A DNA stretch of 64,000 nt from an uncultured Planctomycetaceae bacterium (GTDB lineage Bacteria > Planctomycetota > Planctomycetia > Isosphaerales > Isosphaeraceae), in assembly GCA_963833985.1 (NCBI GenBank), contig CAWIAD010000002.1, positions 3,584,001 through 3,648,000 of the forward strand, read 5' to 3'. Below the pieces are notes generated by a model. That model was not told the DNA's origin and ran no database searches. It worked only from the letters and a program-made list of their open reading frames with translations. Both the position numbers and the translations under genes were made by a program. Of the stretch, positions 1-9,088 are shown piece after piece. How positions within the stretch are numbered: position 1 is the first letter of the stretch; each line of letters opens with the position of its first letter.

Positions 1-244
1 TTTGGATTCCTTGTCGTTCTTGATCGTGGAGATAAGCGATTCCCTCGCCGGTCTTGTGCTCAAGCTTCGACAGCAGACCGGTAACGTACTCGGTTGCATG
101 TCGATGTTGTTCAGGTTCGCTCAGGGTCGCAGCGAACGGCTCGATGAAGACGTCCAACCGTTCCAGCAGACCATCGATCAAGTCAGGCGACACCTGCGAT
201 TGTGCCAGCATGTCAGCCAACCGTGCTTCGTATCGTCGATCCAT
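1..244 (-). CDS. IS701-family transposase, N-terminal part (runs off window edge)
   Basis: Minus-strand frame from ATG at 244 reads MDRRYEARLADMLAQSQVSP...RHATEYVTGLLSKLEHKTGEGIAYLHDQERQGIQ. This matches the IS701 N-terminal pattern (YxxGLLSxLxxKxxExIA). Absent from the ORF track because no stop lies in the window. Confidence 0.8.
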   Translation of the reverse strand, partial: MDRRYEARLADMLAQSQVSPDLIDGLLERLDVFIEPFAATLSEPEQHRHATEYVTGLLSKLEHKTGEGIAYLHDQERQGIQ

Positions 245-334
245 GACGCCCTCGCTTCCTTGTAACATCCTTGACGGAAGCGAATATCAGAAAAAACCTT
301 ACAGTTCGTCAACCCCAGGATACAGTAGAACTAT
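1..334 (-). mobile_element. Left end of IS701-type insertion sequence
   Basis: Transposase start at 244. The minus strand at 334-321 reads ATAGTTCTACTGTA, consistent with an nTAG-type target plus IS701-like terminus. HEPN coding sequence begins abruptly beyond it. Confidence 0.6.
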
Positions 335-837
335 CCTTCTGCACTGGAAAGCACGGATTGTCGAGTCGAGTCAACCACGCCGTGGAGTGGGTGTTCGAGT
401 CACGCCTGGAGTTCCATCTGCAAGCCGCTCTAGTCAAGACTGCGATTGCGCTCGAATCTCTTTTGATTTTCAGTGAGTCTGAGTCACTCGAACAAACCCT
501 CGCAGAGAGATCTGCATTTCTCCTCTCTGGGAATCCCGAGACCCGCCAAGCGATTAGCCAACTTGTAAAGAAGTTCTACGACGCGAGGAGCGGTGTTGTA
601 CATGGGAGCAGCAAGAAACTGAAGAACCTATCCCCTGCGATTGTCGAGTGCGTCGATAAGCTAATCACTATGAGTATCTTAATTTTGGCTTCCAACCCAG
701 AGAAATGGCAGTCCGTCGATTCACTGAGAGAGTGGTTCAATGCGCAAAGATGGGGTGTCCCTTACGGCGAAGAAGTTATTATCCCTTTTCCCAAGAGTCA
801 TCTATCGAACGCCCTTGGTCATCTTTCCGGTTCATGA
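335..837 (+). pseudogene. 3' remnant of ApeA-like HEPN-domain gene interrupted by IS701
   Basis: IALESLL...LAERSAFLL...KKFYDARSGVVHG carries the HEPN RxxxxH motif. The 5' part of track ORF 271..837 lies inside the IS end. Confidence 0.7.
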
Positions 838-855
838 TTTGTCGAGAGCAGACTA

Positions 856-1680
856 TCACGGATGGATCAGCCGAAGCGTCTGCGAGTCACCAAGACCCTC
901 ACCACCAGCCCGCTCAGCCAAACCGAGCACATCATCATTGATCGTGAAGAACCGACCTGACAGAGCATCCGCACGACCTGAAGCCAGCAGAGCCACGAGG
1001 GCGGCAGCGTGGTCGGGCGGCACATCTTCTCCTCTTTTGAAAACCTCACCGAACCAGGGCATCCACCGCTGTCCTTCTTCTGATTTCAGGGCGTGCTCAG
1101 CCATCGCCGTGCGGACGGTGCCCGGTTCAATGGCAAAGACCTTCACGCCCTGCTGAGCCGCCTCCAAGGCGAGAATCTCGGTGAACCGGATCAGCGCCGC
1201 CTTGCTTGTCACGTAAGCGCCCAGGTAGGGGATGGCGAACGTCCCCGCCCCGCTGGCGACGTTGACGATTCGCCCGCCTCCACGTGCGATCATCCCCGGC
1301 AGGACTGCCCGCGAGCAGAGCATCGGTCCTCGCAGATTGACTTCCAGACATCGCCACCAGTCATCGGTGTCGGTCTCCCAGGTGAGTCCGATTGGACCAG
1401 CCAACCCGGCATTGTTGACGAGCAGATCCACTGATCCCAGGGACTTTTCGACCTCAAGTACCATCCGCTCAACCGCTCCTGGATCGGAGACATCGGCGAT
1501 GACTGAGATCGCACGTGAACCCAGTTCCGCGATTTCCTTCACCGTCTCTGCCAGTTGGTCCTCAGAGCGGGCAACGACCGCGACGGAGCAACCCGCCTTC
1601 GCCAAGCCCAAGGCGATAGCCCTGCCGATGCCTCTCCCGCCACCGGTGACGATGGCGACTTGTCCATCGAGGTCTTCCAT
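856..1680 (-). CDS. Short-chain dehydrogenase/reductase (SDR)
   Basis: TGGGRGIG, NNAG and YVTSK (YxxxK) motifs. Confidence 0.93.
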   Translation of the reverse strand: MEDLDGQVAIVTGGGRGIGRAIALGLAKAGCSVAVVARSEDQLAETVKEIAELGSRAISVIADVSDPGAVERMVLEVEKSLGSVDLLVNNAGLAGPIGLTWETDTDDWWRCLEVNLRGPMLCSRAVLPGMIARGGGRIVNVASGAGTFAIPYLGAYVTSKAALIRFTEILALEAAQQGVKVFAIEPGTVRTAMAEHALKSEEGQRWMPWFGEVFKRGEDVPPDHAAALVALLASGRADALSGRFFTINDDVLGLAERAGGEGLGDSQTLRLIHP

Positions 1681-1694
1681 CGCAGAATGTCCAC

Positions 1695-2180
1695 CTACTC
1701 CTTGTCCTTGGCGATCGTGACGAGTTTGGCTTCTGTCACGCGGATATAGTCATCTGGGGCAAGCAGGACTTGAAGCCCCCGCAGCCCCGCCGAGATGGAG
1801 ATCACATCGAATAGCTGGGCAGTCTCGTCGAGGTAGACCGGGTAGTTCTTCTTACACGCTAATGCCGTCACTCCACCCCGAATGTAACCGGTCAGCGGCT
1901 CGACCTCCTTCAGCGGCACCGTGTCGATCTTCTTGTCCCCGGTAGCTCTTGCCAAAGTCTTGAGGTCAAGCTCGCAGTTACCCGGTACGACCGCGAGGCA
2001 GACACCATGCTTGTCGCCCCTGGCAACGAGAGTCTTGAACACCTGCTCGGGTGGCATGCCCACCTTGCGGGCGACCGTCTCGGCTGACAAGTCCTCGGGA
2101 TCGACCTCGTAAGCTCGCAACTCGAACAAAACTCCCAGTCGCTCCAGCAGGCGAACCGCGTTGGTCTTGGATGTCGCCAC
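1695..2180 (-). CDS. ybaK: Cys-tRNA(Pro) deacylase YbaK/EbsC
   Basis: KTNAVRLL...QVFKTLV...LTGYIRGGVT...ISAGLRG. Start reassigned to GTG 2180 (161 aa); the track start overlaps the upstream gene. Confidence 0.9.
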   Translation of the reverse strand: MATSKTNAVRLLERLGVLFELRAYEVDPEDLSAETVARKVGMPPEQVFKTLVARGDKHGVCLAVVPGNCELDLKTLARATGDKKIDTVPLKEVEPLTGYIRGGVTALACKKNYPVYLDETAQLFDVISISAGLRGLQVLLAPDDYIRVTEAKLVTIAKDKE

Positions 2181-2265
2181 CTTGATACCCTGGCGTTGCT
2201 TCTGGTCTTCAATACTCGCATCAGCCAAGCTGTGCGATGAAGCCGTCAGCCCTGGGTGAGATAGC

Positions 2266-3513
2266 CTACTTATCTGCTTCTCTCGTTGTTTCACCCCGAA
2301 GAGCAGAAGATGCCTGCTCCACACGAGATAGGATAAATGCGTTGATGGAATAATTCACGACCCTCTCAAACCAGCCAATAGGCGGAAAAGGCGGTTGCTC
2401 GTTGATGAGGGCATCAAATGCGTCCGAGGGCACCCTCGGGGATGGTCCAACGGCTGCGCTTGCAGGGTAGGAATGCCCGCCATGCGTGGCTCCGCTTCTG
2501 GTTTGGTATATCTCGCCGATCGCACCCTCGATCGCTGCACCCTTCGGGCACATTTCTCGCGGAACGATAAACAGGTCGTCCTCGCAACTGATTGCTTTGA
2601 GGTCGAGATTGTCGAGCAAGAACTTCCTGACCTTGCGATTGGACCAGGGATTGTCCCGACACGCCTCCAACGCGAGCCTCTCTGCTACTTCCTTACCCAG
2701 TTTTTCGGTCTTCGTCGCGTAGGAGATCAACGCCCCTTTTGACGCGAGCTTCCGATCCTCGTCGGGCTCCCACCCTTCGAGAACTGCACCAGCCAACGTT
2801 TCCACGGCAGATATCAGTAGTTGGTAGGGGATGTCTGGCTCGGATTCCATTCGCTCCATCGCCGAGGCATAGAGCCTCGCTGCCCTGACAAGGGCAGACG
2901 CTTCCTTCAGCTTCGGCAACAACGACAGCACGCGCATCACATGTGACGAGTCGAAAGCAACATTCGGCGGATGGTAACTCTTATACTGGACTCCATCGCG
3001 TCCGTAGCAAACATCTATGGGGCGCGGATTCCAATAAGCCATTCTCAAGCGAAGCAAGGCTGGGACCGGGAAATCTGCAAGGACGGGAGGAACAACGGCG
3101 GTGTCGTACTGCTCACGGACCTTGGTCGCAACGGTAACAAGGCGACGGCAAAGAAGTGTGAGTAGTGCAGCCAGATCTGACGCAATCTCTTCGTCAGGAT
3201 AATACAGGTGTGTGCTGATGCCGCCTGTTTCCTTGACAAGACGAGCTACAAACCGGAGCACAAGTTCCTGTGGATACTCATCGTAGGGTCGGCTAGCTAC
3301 GAGAAGCTCGATCGGTAAGCTGAGTAGGATGCGAGCCGCATCGCTCTTGCTCCAGTCACCCACGAGGTGTGTCGGGAAGAGCATGCCACTACAGAGGAGC
3401 CGGTATTCGACTCTCACGGAGTCCTTTTCAAGTCGATTGTCGAAGTGGACGACCGACTCCTCATCGACGTGGATCTTCTTTTCGGCATCTTCCAAGTAAT
3501 CGAGAATATGCAT
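2266..3513 (-). CDS. ApeA-like HEPN-domain protein, candidate anti-phage RNase
   Basis: AARLYASA...LLISAVETLA...IYQTRSGATHGG (RxxxxH) in the C-terminal half. Confidence 0.7.
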   Translation of the reverse strand: MHILDYLEDAEKKIHVDEESVVHFDNRLEKDSVRVEYRLLCSGMLFPTHLVGDWSKSDAARILLSLPIELLVASRPYDEYPQELVLRFVARLVKETGGISTHLYYPDEEIASDLAALLTLLCRRLVTVATKVREQYDTAVVPPVLADFPVPALLRLRMAYWNPRPIDVCYGRDGVQYKSYHPPNVAFDSSHVMRVLSLLPKLKEASALVRAARLYASAMERMESEPDIPYQLLISAVETLAGAVLEGWEPDEDRKLASKGALISYATKTEKLGKEVAERLALEACRDNPWSNRKVRKFLLDNLDLKAISCEDDLFIVPREMCPKGAAIEGAIGEIYQTRSGATHGGHSYPASAAVGPSPRVPSDAFDALINEQPPFPPIGWFERVVNYSINAFILSRVEQASSALRGETTREADK

Positions 3514-3665
3514 TGCGAGTCACTCGAAAGAACGTGGTCGCCGCGCCGCTGCTTACCTCACTAGCCCATCCTACTCGGGAGTACTTTCTAAACGCTACTT
3601 CACTGCCGCTTCCGCTGTTTCCGAGTCACTATCTCAACTGCTTACGTCTCAACTTAGTCCGGGAT

Positions 3666-4445
3666 TCAAGCCAACCTGGCGATCTGCCAGGCGTGTAACT
3701 CGTTGTCACCGACTGTCCGAGCCGAGAACCAGACGCTATCCGATCGGTCAAACACCGATCTGTCGTGGAGCCCGTGATTGACCTCAATCGTCGTCCACTT
3801 CCTCGGCGGCAATATGACCTCTTCTGGATGGAAGGCATAGGCGTCAGCAAGCAGCAGGTGCTCACCCTGGCGGAACTCGATCCGCAGGTGATGAAGCTCC
3901 TCATCATGGCTCAGACGATTTCTGAGTCGGATCTTGCACGAGTAGAGGATGTCGCCTTCGCGCGAACGGGTGACGAAGACAAGAACGTCACCGGGTCGGT
4001 TGCCCTCTCGCCGCGACATCTCCCAACCGTCCACGGCGAACTCGACATCGTGCGATCCCAGGGAATCGCCTCCCTGCTCGGAGGCTCCAGAGCCCCGGCT
4101 GCTGAGCAGGCGTGATGACTGGTCCTCGGCTTTCTTCTTAAAACCTCTCAGCAGCGTGACCGGATATCGGCTCTGGTCGCTGTCCACAAGCTTCGCGCAG
4201 CTTTGACAGAGCCAGATCCCGTTCCGAATCGATCGACGGTCCTTCGGCGACATGCTCGGGTCGTAGCGTGGTCCCCCAGCCGAGGCAGCCGTGATGTGTG
4301 CCGCCACGCCGATGTTCACCGCCCTCGCGTCCTCAGTGTGGGGACCGCTGGTGACTTGCCCGCAATCAGGGTTCGAGCATCGGTTGCCCACCCTCTTTGC
4401 TAAGGTCTCGATCGTTTGTCTTGGGAAATCGTCACGCATCGCCAA
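3666..4445 (-). CDS. HNH-type endonuclease domain plus uncharacterised C-terminal domain
   Basis: CSNPDC...AAHITAASAGGPRYD...NGIWLCQSCAKLVD, a Zn-binding HNH-like signature. Confidence 0.75.
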   Translation of the reverse strand: MAMRDDFPRQTIETLAKRVGNRCSNPDCGQVTSGPHTEDARAVNIGVAAHITAASAGGPRYDPSMSPKDRRSIRNGIWLCQSCAKLVDSDQSRYPVTLLRGFKKKAEDQSSRLLSSRGSGASEQGGDSLGSHDVEFAVDGWEMSRREGNRPGDVLVFVTRSREGDILYSCKIRLRNRLSHDEELHHLRIEFRQGEHLLLADAYAFHPEEVILPPRKWTTIEVNHGLHDRSVFDRSDSVWFSARTVGDNELHAWQIARLA

Positions 4446-4514
4446 GAGATCACCATCAGATCAGTTGCCCCATTTCAGAAGTTGGGTGGCTCAATACGCC
4501 AGCCCTGTCCGGGA

Positions 4515-6131
4515 TCACGCCTCGTAACCCGCCCCGTGGCTTCGCGGCGTCTCCTCGCCACCTCGCGAGCCGACCGTTTTCTCCACTTCGTCTATCGGGA
4601 CACCAAGAGACAGAAGCAGATTCGCGGTCTGTGGTCGCATGAACGGAAGACTAGTGATGGCAGACTGATTACCCTTGATCATATTACTGAGGTATGTGTC
4701 CCAGTCCCCGACTGCCAACATCGGAAGTGCGTTTTTCTCCGTATGCAGCCTCAATGGCGATAACCTCAAGCCATTGCAGAGCATTACCAGTTGCTCCAGG
4801 GTTCTGACCGTCATGGCAACGGGTCTCGACGAGAGATTCGGACTTGGGAAGATCGGCGGCGAGAGTTTAGGGTTGGCAAGAGTCATTATGAACGTCTCGA
4901 AGTACCAGTCGGCATTCACCAGGGGTATATCACCCAGTGTTACTACGATGCCAAATACCGGCTTGGATTTGTCGATTCCGAGTGCGTCAAGTCTGCCCAT
5001 ATGCAGATCGTGAGCGGTTGCATAGATCTGGGTGACCCCATCGGCGACTCGACGGGTAGATGTGTCGTCTTTGATGGAGTTTTCGGTGAGCACGGTCTTC
5101 GTGAAGCCGACTGCCTTGACCTCAAGCAGTACGATTTCGTCTGCCAATTCCAGAAGGAAATCGCAACTCTTACCTGAAACGAGAGGTTTCAAATCCTGTT
5201 CACCAAAAAGTGCAACGCGGTTGTCGTAGCATGTCAAGAGCCGCTCAGCGTAAGTCTGGACAGTATCGCCTATATCTTGGCTGAAACCGTCGAATTCTCG
5301 CATCAGCCTGTAAAGTCCCTCTATGACATGGCGGAACATGAGGTCGCGGACCAACAGGACGAAGCTCTCAGAGCCGTCAGCGCCCGGTCCCATCTTGATC
5401 AAAGGCGTATCGAGCAAAGCGGAGCGGATCGATGAATGCAAGTACCGAGGAAGTTTGACTCTCTCCTCTCGAAATCGCCGTCCAATCTCCTGCGGCGTTC
5501 GGCTTGACAAGTCCAGAAAAGATCGGACTGCCTCGTCAGTTATCGCGCCCGAGAGTCCTCGTTCGTGGAGGTAATCACGAATCGCCTCGCCTGGGAAAAG
5601 TCCAATCGGGCTGTTCTCTGCCGCTGTGGCGGCAAGAAAGCAGAGACCGACCCATTGAGATGGTGACAGCCTGTGCTTTTCCGCGAGCGCTTTGCTTGAG
5701 CGAGGAAGAGATCCCGGAGGCGCGAACAGCATCATTGCACGACCGAAATCGTCCCTCGCAGGTGAGTACTGAAGTTCTATCTGTTCCCGGTACGAAAGCA
5801 ACACGAAGTGGGCGAGGTTCGTGCTCAGGACATCATGCTGCATCGGGTCCGAATGCTCATGGTAGACGTTCATCGCCTTGAAGATGCGGTTCAACGTTAC
5901 GGGGTCGCTATTTCCCCGAGCATAGGCACAGCATGCCTCGACGGAGTGAACGACGCGGAAGGGCGGCGTCTGTCGCCACTTGGTTTCGTTCTCGCGGCAC
6001 TCCCTCATCCTACCTGCCATCGCAAGGATGAATTCGTGGGGATCATGCCGCTTGAGGACTCCTTCAAGCGACTCGTAGAAACGAACCATCCTTCTGTCGT
6101 TCTCCCACCTTCGTCTCTCTTCTGTATCCAT
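4515..6131 (-). CDS. Hypothetical protein with PD-(D/E)xK (NERD-like) nuclease motif
   Basis: 538-aa ORF with SCDFLLELADEIVLLEVKA and a downstream GVTQI motif. Confidence 0.6.
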   Translation of the reverse strand: MDTEERRRWENDRRMVRFYESLEGVLKRHDPHEFILAMAGRMRECRENETKWRQTPPFRVVHSVEACCAYARGNSDPVTLNRIFKAMNVYHEHSDPMQHDVLSTNLAHFVLLSYREQIELQYSPARDDFGRAMMLFAPPGSLPRSSKALAEKHRLSPSQWVGLCFLAATAAENSPIGLFPGEAIRDYLHERGLSGAITDEAVRSFLDLSSRTPQEIGRRFREERVKLPRYLHSSIRSALLDTPLIKMGPGADGSESFVLLVRDLMFRHVIEGLYRLMREFDGFSQDIGDTVQTYAERLLTCYDNRVALFGEQDLKPLVSGKSCDFLLELADEIVLLEVKAVGFTKTVLTENSIKDDTSTRRVADGVTQIYATAHDLHMGRLDALGIDKSKPVFGIVVTLGDIPLVNADWYFETFIMTLANPKLSPPIFPSPNLSSRPVAMTVRTLEQLVMLCNGLRLSPLRLHTEKNALPMLAVGDWDTYLSNMIKGNQSAITSLPFMRPQTANLLLSLGVPIDEVEKTVGSRGGEETPRSHGAGYEA

Positions 6132-6152
6132 CGAACTTATCCGGTAGGACGG

Positions 6153-6842
6153 TCAAGCCTCTGGCTCCAGGTCATCGTGGAGAAAGGGTGCGAGCCTGAT
6201 GTTCGCCGCGTTCGTGTACACTACGGGCTTGCCGTCAGCATCGAGAATGGGCTTGCTCCCTGGGGCGGTCTCGCTGTGGAAAATATGCCCGCCAAAATCG
6301 ACGAACCACTCCTCTCCCTTGTGTGAGACCTTGCCCATCATTCCCAGGATTCTGGCGAGTTGGTCGCTATATGGCGTGCAGAAATAGTGCGCCTCATAGG
6401 CATCGATTAGGTCACCGAGCGTTGTGAATTCGCGGATCGGTATAGGCGGGTCTGGATGCTCGAACAGTTTCGTGGGCATGGTTTCTGAACTCTCGATGGA
6501 AGCCTCTCGCACCTTGCGAACGATGGTTTCCCCAAGATTCACTGTTGTTCCAGGAAGAGCGAGCAGCAGGGGAATCTCACCTGGGTCAATCTCGCTGCCT
6601 TTCTTTCCGGGAGGCACATCGTAGAGCTTCGTCATGAAGACCCGGCAGTCGCCATTGTCCTCGATAGTCACAATCACCTGCCGCTGTCCACCAAACCCAT
6701 AGTTGAGGTATGCGATGACCGAGGAGTAGGGCATTCCCGGATTGCGTTGGTAGACTACACCGACATGAGCCCCCTCAAACGCCAGCTTGATCTCCTCAGA
6801 CCTCGCATCTCTGACCGCCATTTCCTCGTAAGACCTGTCCAT
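6153..6842 (-). CDS. Hypothetical protein
   Basis: 229-aa ORF, GGAG RBS, tight co-directional packing. Confidence 0.65.
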   Translation of the reverse strand: MDRSYEEMAVRDARSEEIKLAFEGAHVGVVYQRNPGMPYSSVIAYLNYGFGGQRQVIVTIEDNGDCRVFMTKLYDVPPGKKGSEIDPGEIPLLLALPGTTVNLGETIVRKVREASIESSETMPTKLFEHPDPPIPIREFTTLGDLIDAYEAHYFCTPYSDQLARILGMMGKVSHKGEEWFVDFGGHIFHSETAPGSKPILDADGKPVVYTNAANIRLAPFLHDDLEPEA

Positions 6843-6928
6843 GCATTAGCTCCAAAAAGACTGACCTCGCACTCTCACAGGTCGCCTTCCGATCATCGTG
6901 GCTCTGGCTGGCGGGGTCGAGCCTGTTC

Positions 6929-7795
6929 TCATTCTGGTTCGGTTTGCACGGAGACAGTTCCCAACCCACCACCGATACCGATTCCTCCCACAGAAACGTA
7001 GATGTCACGAGGCTTTCTATCTGTCAAGTGCTTAGCAATGTCCCAGTAAAACCACAGGCATCTACATGCGAGAAACACCACTACATAAAGGAGAAACATT
7101 GAAGTAAATGAGCCAGACGAACTGCCCTGGTTGGCTTTGAGTATCTGGCTGAGCGGAATAAGCCCAATGGAACTTCCAATGACTATGCTGGTCAGTTTAA
7201 GAGCGCGGACCAATTCCGACTTCAATGCTTCCAGAGTCTTTCTTCCTTGCCCGAAGAACTTCCAATTGGAAGACATCAAACTCTTTACGTCATCACCGAC
7301 AATTGCATCGATGTGCTCTTGGCAGATATCTCGGTCCATGTTTTCCCATGAGCGGCATCTGTTCTTTCGCAGGAGGAAGGTTACATCCCTCTTGTGCTTG
7401 GCGTGCTGTATCACTTCGTCCAAGGCTGTCTCTATCTCATTCTCAATTGTTTGCATCCGATAGAGTGCAACAGCCACCAAGAAGGCGAAAGCACTTGCGA
7501 GGGATTGAGAGATCGTGCTAACCGTGTAGTAGTATGCGTTGATATCAAGCCGCTCACGCAAGTGGAAGACGAGATCCATGATGACGAGAAGGCTCGCGGT
7601 TACGACGAATAGGATCTCCATTCTCCTTGGGCTCATAAACCTCAGTCGAACTCTCTGGTAGGCGTGCTTCGAGCCCTCTCTGGCAATTGAATAGAATCTT
7701 GTCCATCCTGGCTTGATCCAGTGGAGCCACTGTTCCAGCGAAGTTCTTGCTGGAAGCAGCCAGGAGTAAATCCGTTCCAAGATAGACTGGCTCAT
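6929..7795 (-). CDS. Hypothetical membrane protein (about 4 TM)
   Basis: 288-aa ORF with two pairs of hydrophobic segments. Confidence 0.65.
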   Translation of the reverse strand: MSQSILERIYSWLLPARTSLEQWLHWIKPGWTRFYSIAREGSKHAYQRVRLRFMSPRRMEILFVVTASLLVIMDLVFHLRERLDINAYYYTVSTISQSLASAFAFLVAVALYRMQTIENEIETALDEVIQHAKHKRDVTFLLRKNRCRSWENMDRDICQEHIDAIVGDDVKSLMSSNWKFFGQGRKTLEALKSELVRALKLTSIVIGSSIGLIPLSQILKANQGSSSGSFTSMFLLYVVVFLACRCLWFYWDIAKHLTDRKPRDIYVSVGGIGIGGGLGTVSVQTEPE

Positions 7796-7878
7796 CGTGT
7801 AAGGAATCCTGCTAGTCCGAAGAAGTCATGATTGGCAGCCTATTTGGTCTAACCCGCCTGCGAATGACCGCTCAGTTC

Positions 7879-8064
7879 TTAGGCGACATCGCCGGTTTCC
7901 TCGGAAAGCCCCAATTCTCTGAGCGCGGTCCTGATGCCTTCGATTTTCGCCTCGGTGGTCGCATCGCTAGGCGGAACCACGAGGCGAGACTCTAGCTGAT
8001 GAGCCAAAGCAAGAACGCTTGTTGATCGCACTTCCACATACTCACCTAATAAACCATAAAGCAT
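7879..8064 (-). CDS. Small hypothetical protein
   Basis: Short ORF filling the gap in a co-directional array; start uncertain. Confidence 0.3.
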   Translation of the reverse strand: MLYGLLGEYVEVRSTSVLALAHQLESRLVVPPSDATTEAKIEGIRTALRELGLSEETGDVA

Positions 8065-8528
8065 CCATTATCGGCGGCAATTTCAAGGGCTATCAGGTGA
8101 TCCTCGTAGTTTTGGACCAGCCACTTCCGATCTTTGTTTGCACGGAAGTACTTCTTCGCCGTCTTTTCGTACTTTCGGAAGTCTCCCAGCAACTTAGCTG
8201 CGGTGATGGGTCCGAACCCACCGTAGATCCCACAGTTGATTAGTTCACTGAAGGGAATTCTCTCGTCCTCTGAGTAACCTTCAGGTTGGATTAGCTCAAT
8301 GATCTCGATCAAGGCTCCACACCACTGACTGTAGCCTGAATTCGTTCCCGCCTGGAACGAGTGACATCTTCCATCGGTCACGTAGAATCCTTCCTTCAAT
8401 GAGTCGAGACGGGGACCATCCCCACAAGAGGAGAATGAGCAGACATTATCTGGTTCACCTTCCTCGTCGTCTTCGGGTGGAGGCTCAGTCAGTCGAGCTT
8501 GGCTCAACGCGGTAATGTAGATGCCCAT
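8046..8528 (-). CDS. Hypothetical protein
   Basis: 160-aa ATG ORF in the co-directional array. Confidence 0.65.
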   Translation of the reverse strand: MGIYITALSQARLTEPPPEDDEEGEPDNVCSFSSCGDGPRLDSLKEGFYVTDGRCHSFQAGTNSGYSQWCGALIEIIELIQPEGYSEDERIPFSELINCGIYGGFGPITAAKLLGDFRKYEKTAKKYFRANKDRKWLVQNYEDHLIALEIAADNGCFMVY

Positions 8529-8639
8529 GTCTAGCCCCGATCACCCAACAACGCCTTGAGGGTATCCATCGAATAGTTCAGCATGATTCATGGGTGTTCC
8601 AGAAGTTGCCACACCCGCGAAGCAATTCCTGGTGCGCGA

Positions 8640-9011
8640 CTATCTCTGCAACCTATGCATCACCGACCAGACCTCGTGTAGCGAATGCTCGTACGCTGCT
8701 CCGTTCCGTGCCTGATGCCGTGCCACCTCGGACTTGAAGTTGTCGTAGTCGATCTCCTCGGCTAGTCCTGCAAGAACCTGAGTCCATGCAGTTTTCTGCA
8801 CGAATAGCCGGTAGGCGTAGTCCGTACCGGAAAACTCATAAGTTTCACATTCACTTATAAAGTCGGGGAATCGCTTCTTTAGGGCTTCGAGGTGGTCTCG
8901 GACTCTCGCCCGTATCATTATGCGGCTGGGATCGACCGGTTGACCGTGCTTGCCATCACCTTGTCGGGCACAGACCGCACTGAAGAATCCGTACTTCGTG
9001 AAAACCCACAT
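8640..9011 (-). CDS. Hypothetical protein (MWxFTxxGFFS type)
   Basis: 123 aa, AAGGA RBS; motifs RARVRDHL, TDYAYR, IDYDNFK. Confidence 0.75.
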   Translation of the reverse strand: MWVFTKYGFFSAVCARQGDGKHGQPVDPSRIMIRARVRDHLEALKKRFPDFISECETYEFSGTDYAYRLFVQKTAWTQVLAGLAEEIDYDNFKSEVARHQARNGAAYEHSLHEVWSVMHRLQR

Positions 9012-9088
9012 GGTTCGTTCCTTTGTCGCTGCCTGTTGACCTCGGTTACGTTTGCGATCAGGAATCCGATCTCATCACCTTCGAGCGG

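Noticed and set aside
3666..4445. CBASS Cap5 effector
   Set aside because: No SAVED-like C-terminus recognised and no CD-NTase nearby.
2266..9011. Integron cassette array (many short co-directional orphans)
   Set aside because: No recurring attC-like GTTRRRY/RYYYAAC palindromes seen in the spacers and no integron integrase; the same holds for 37.5-43.6 kb.
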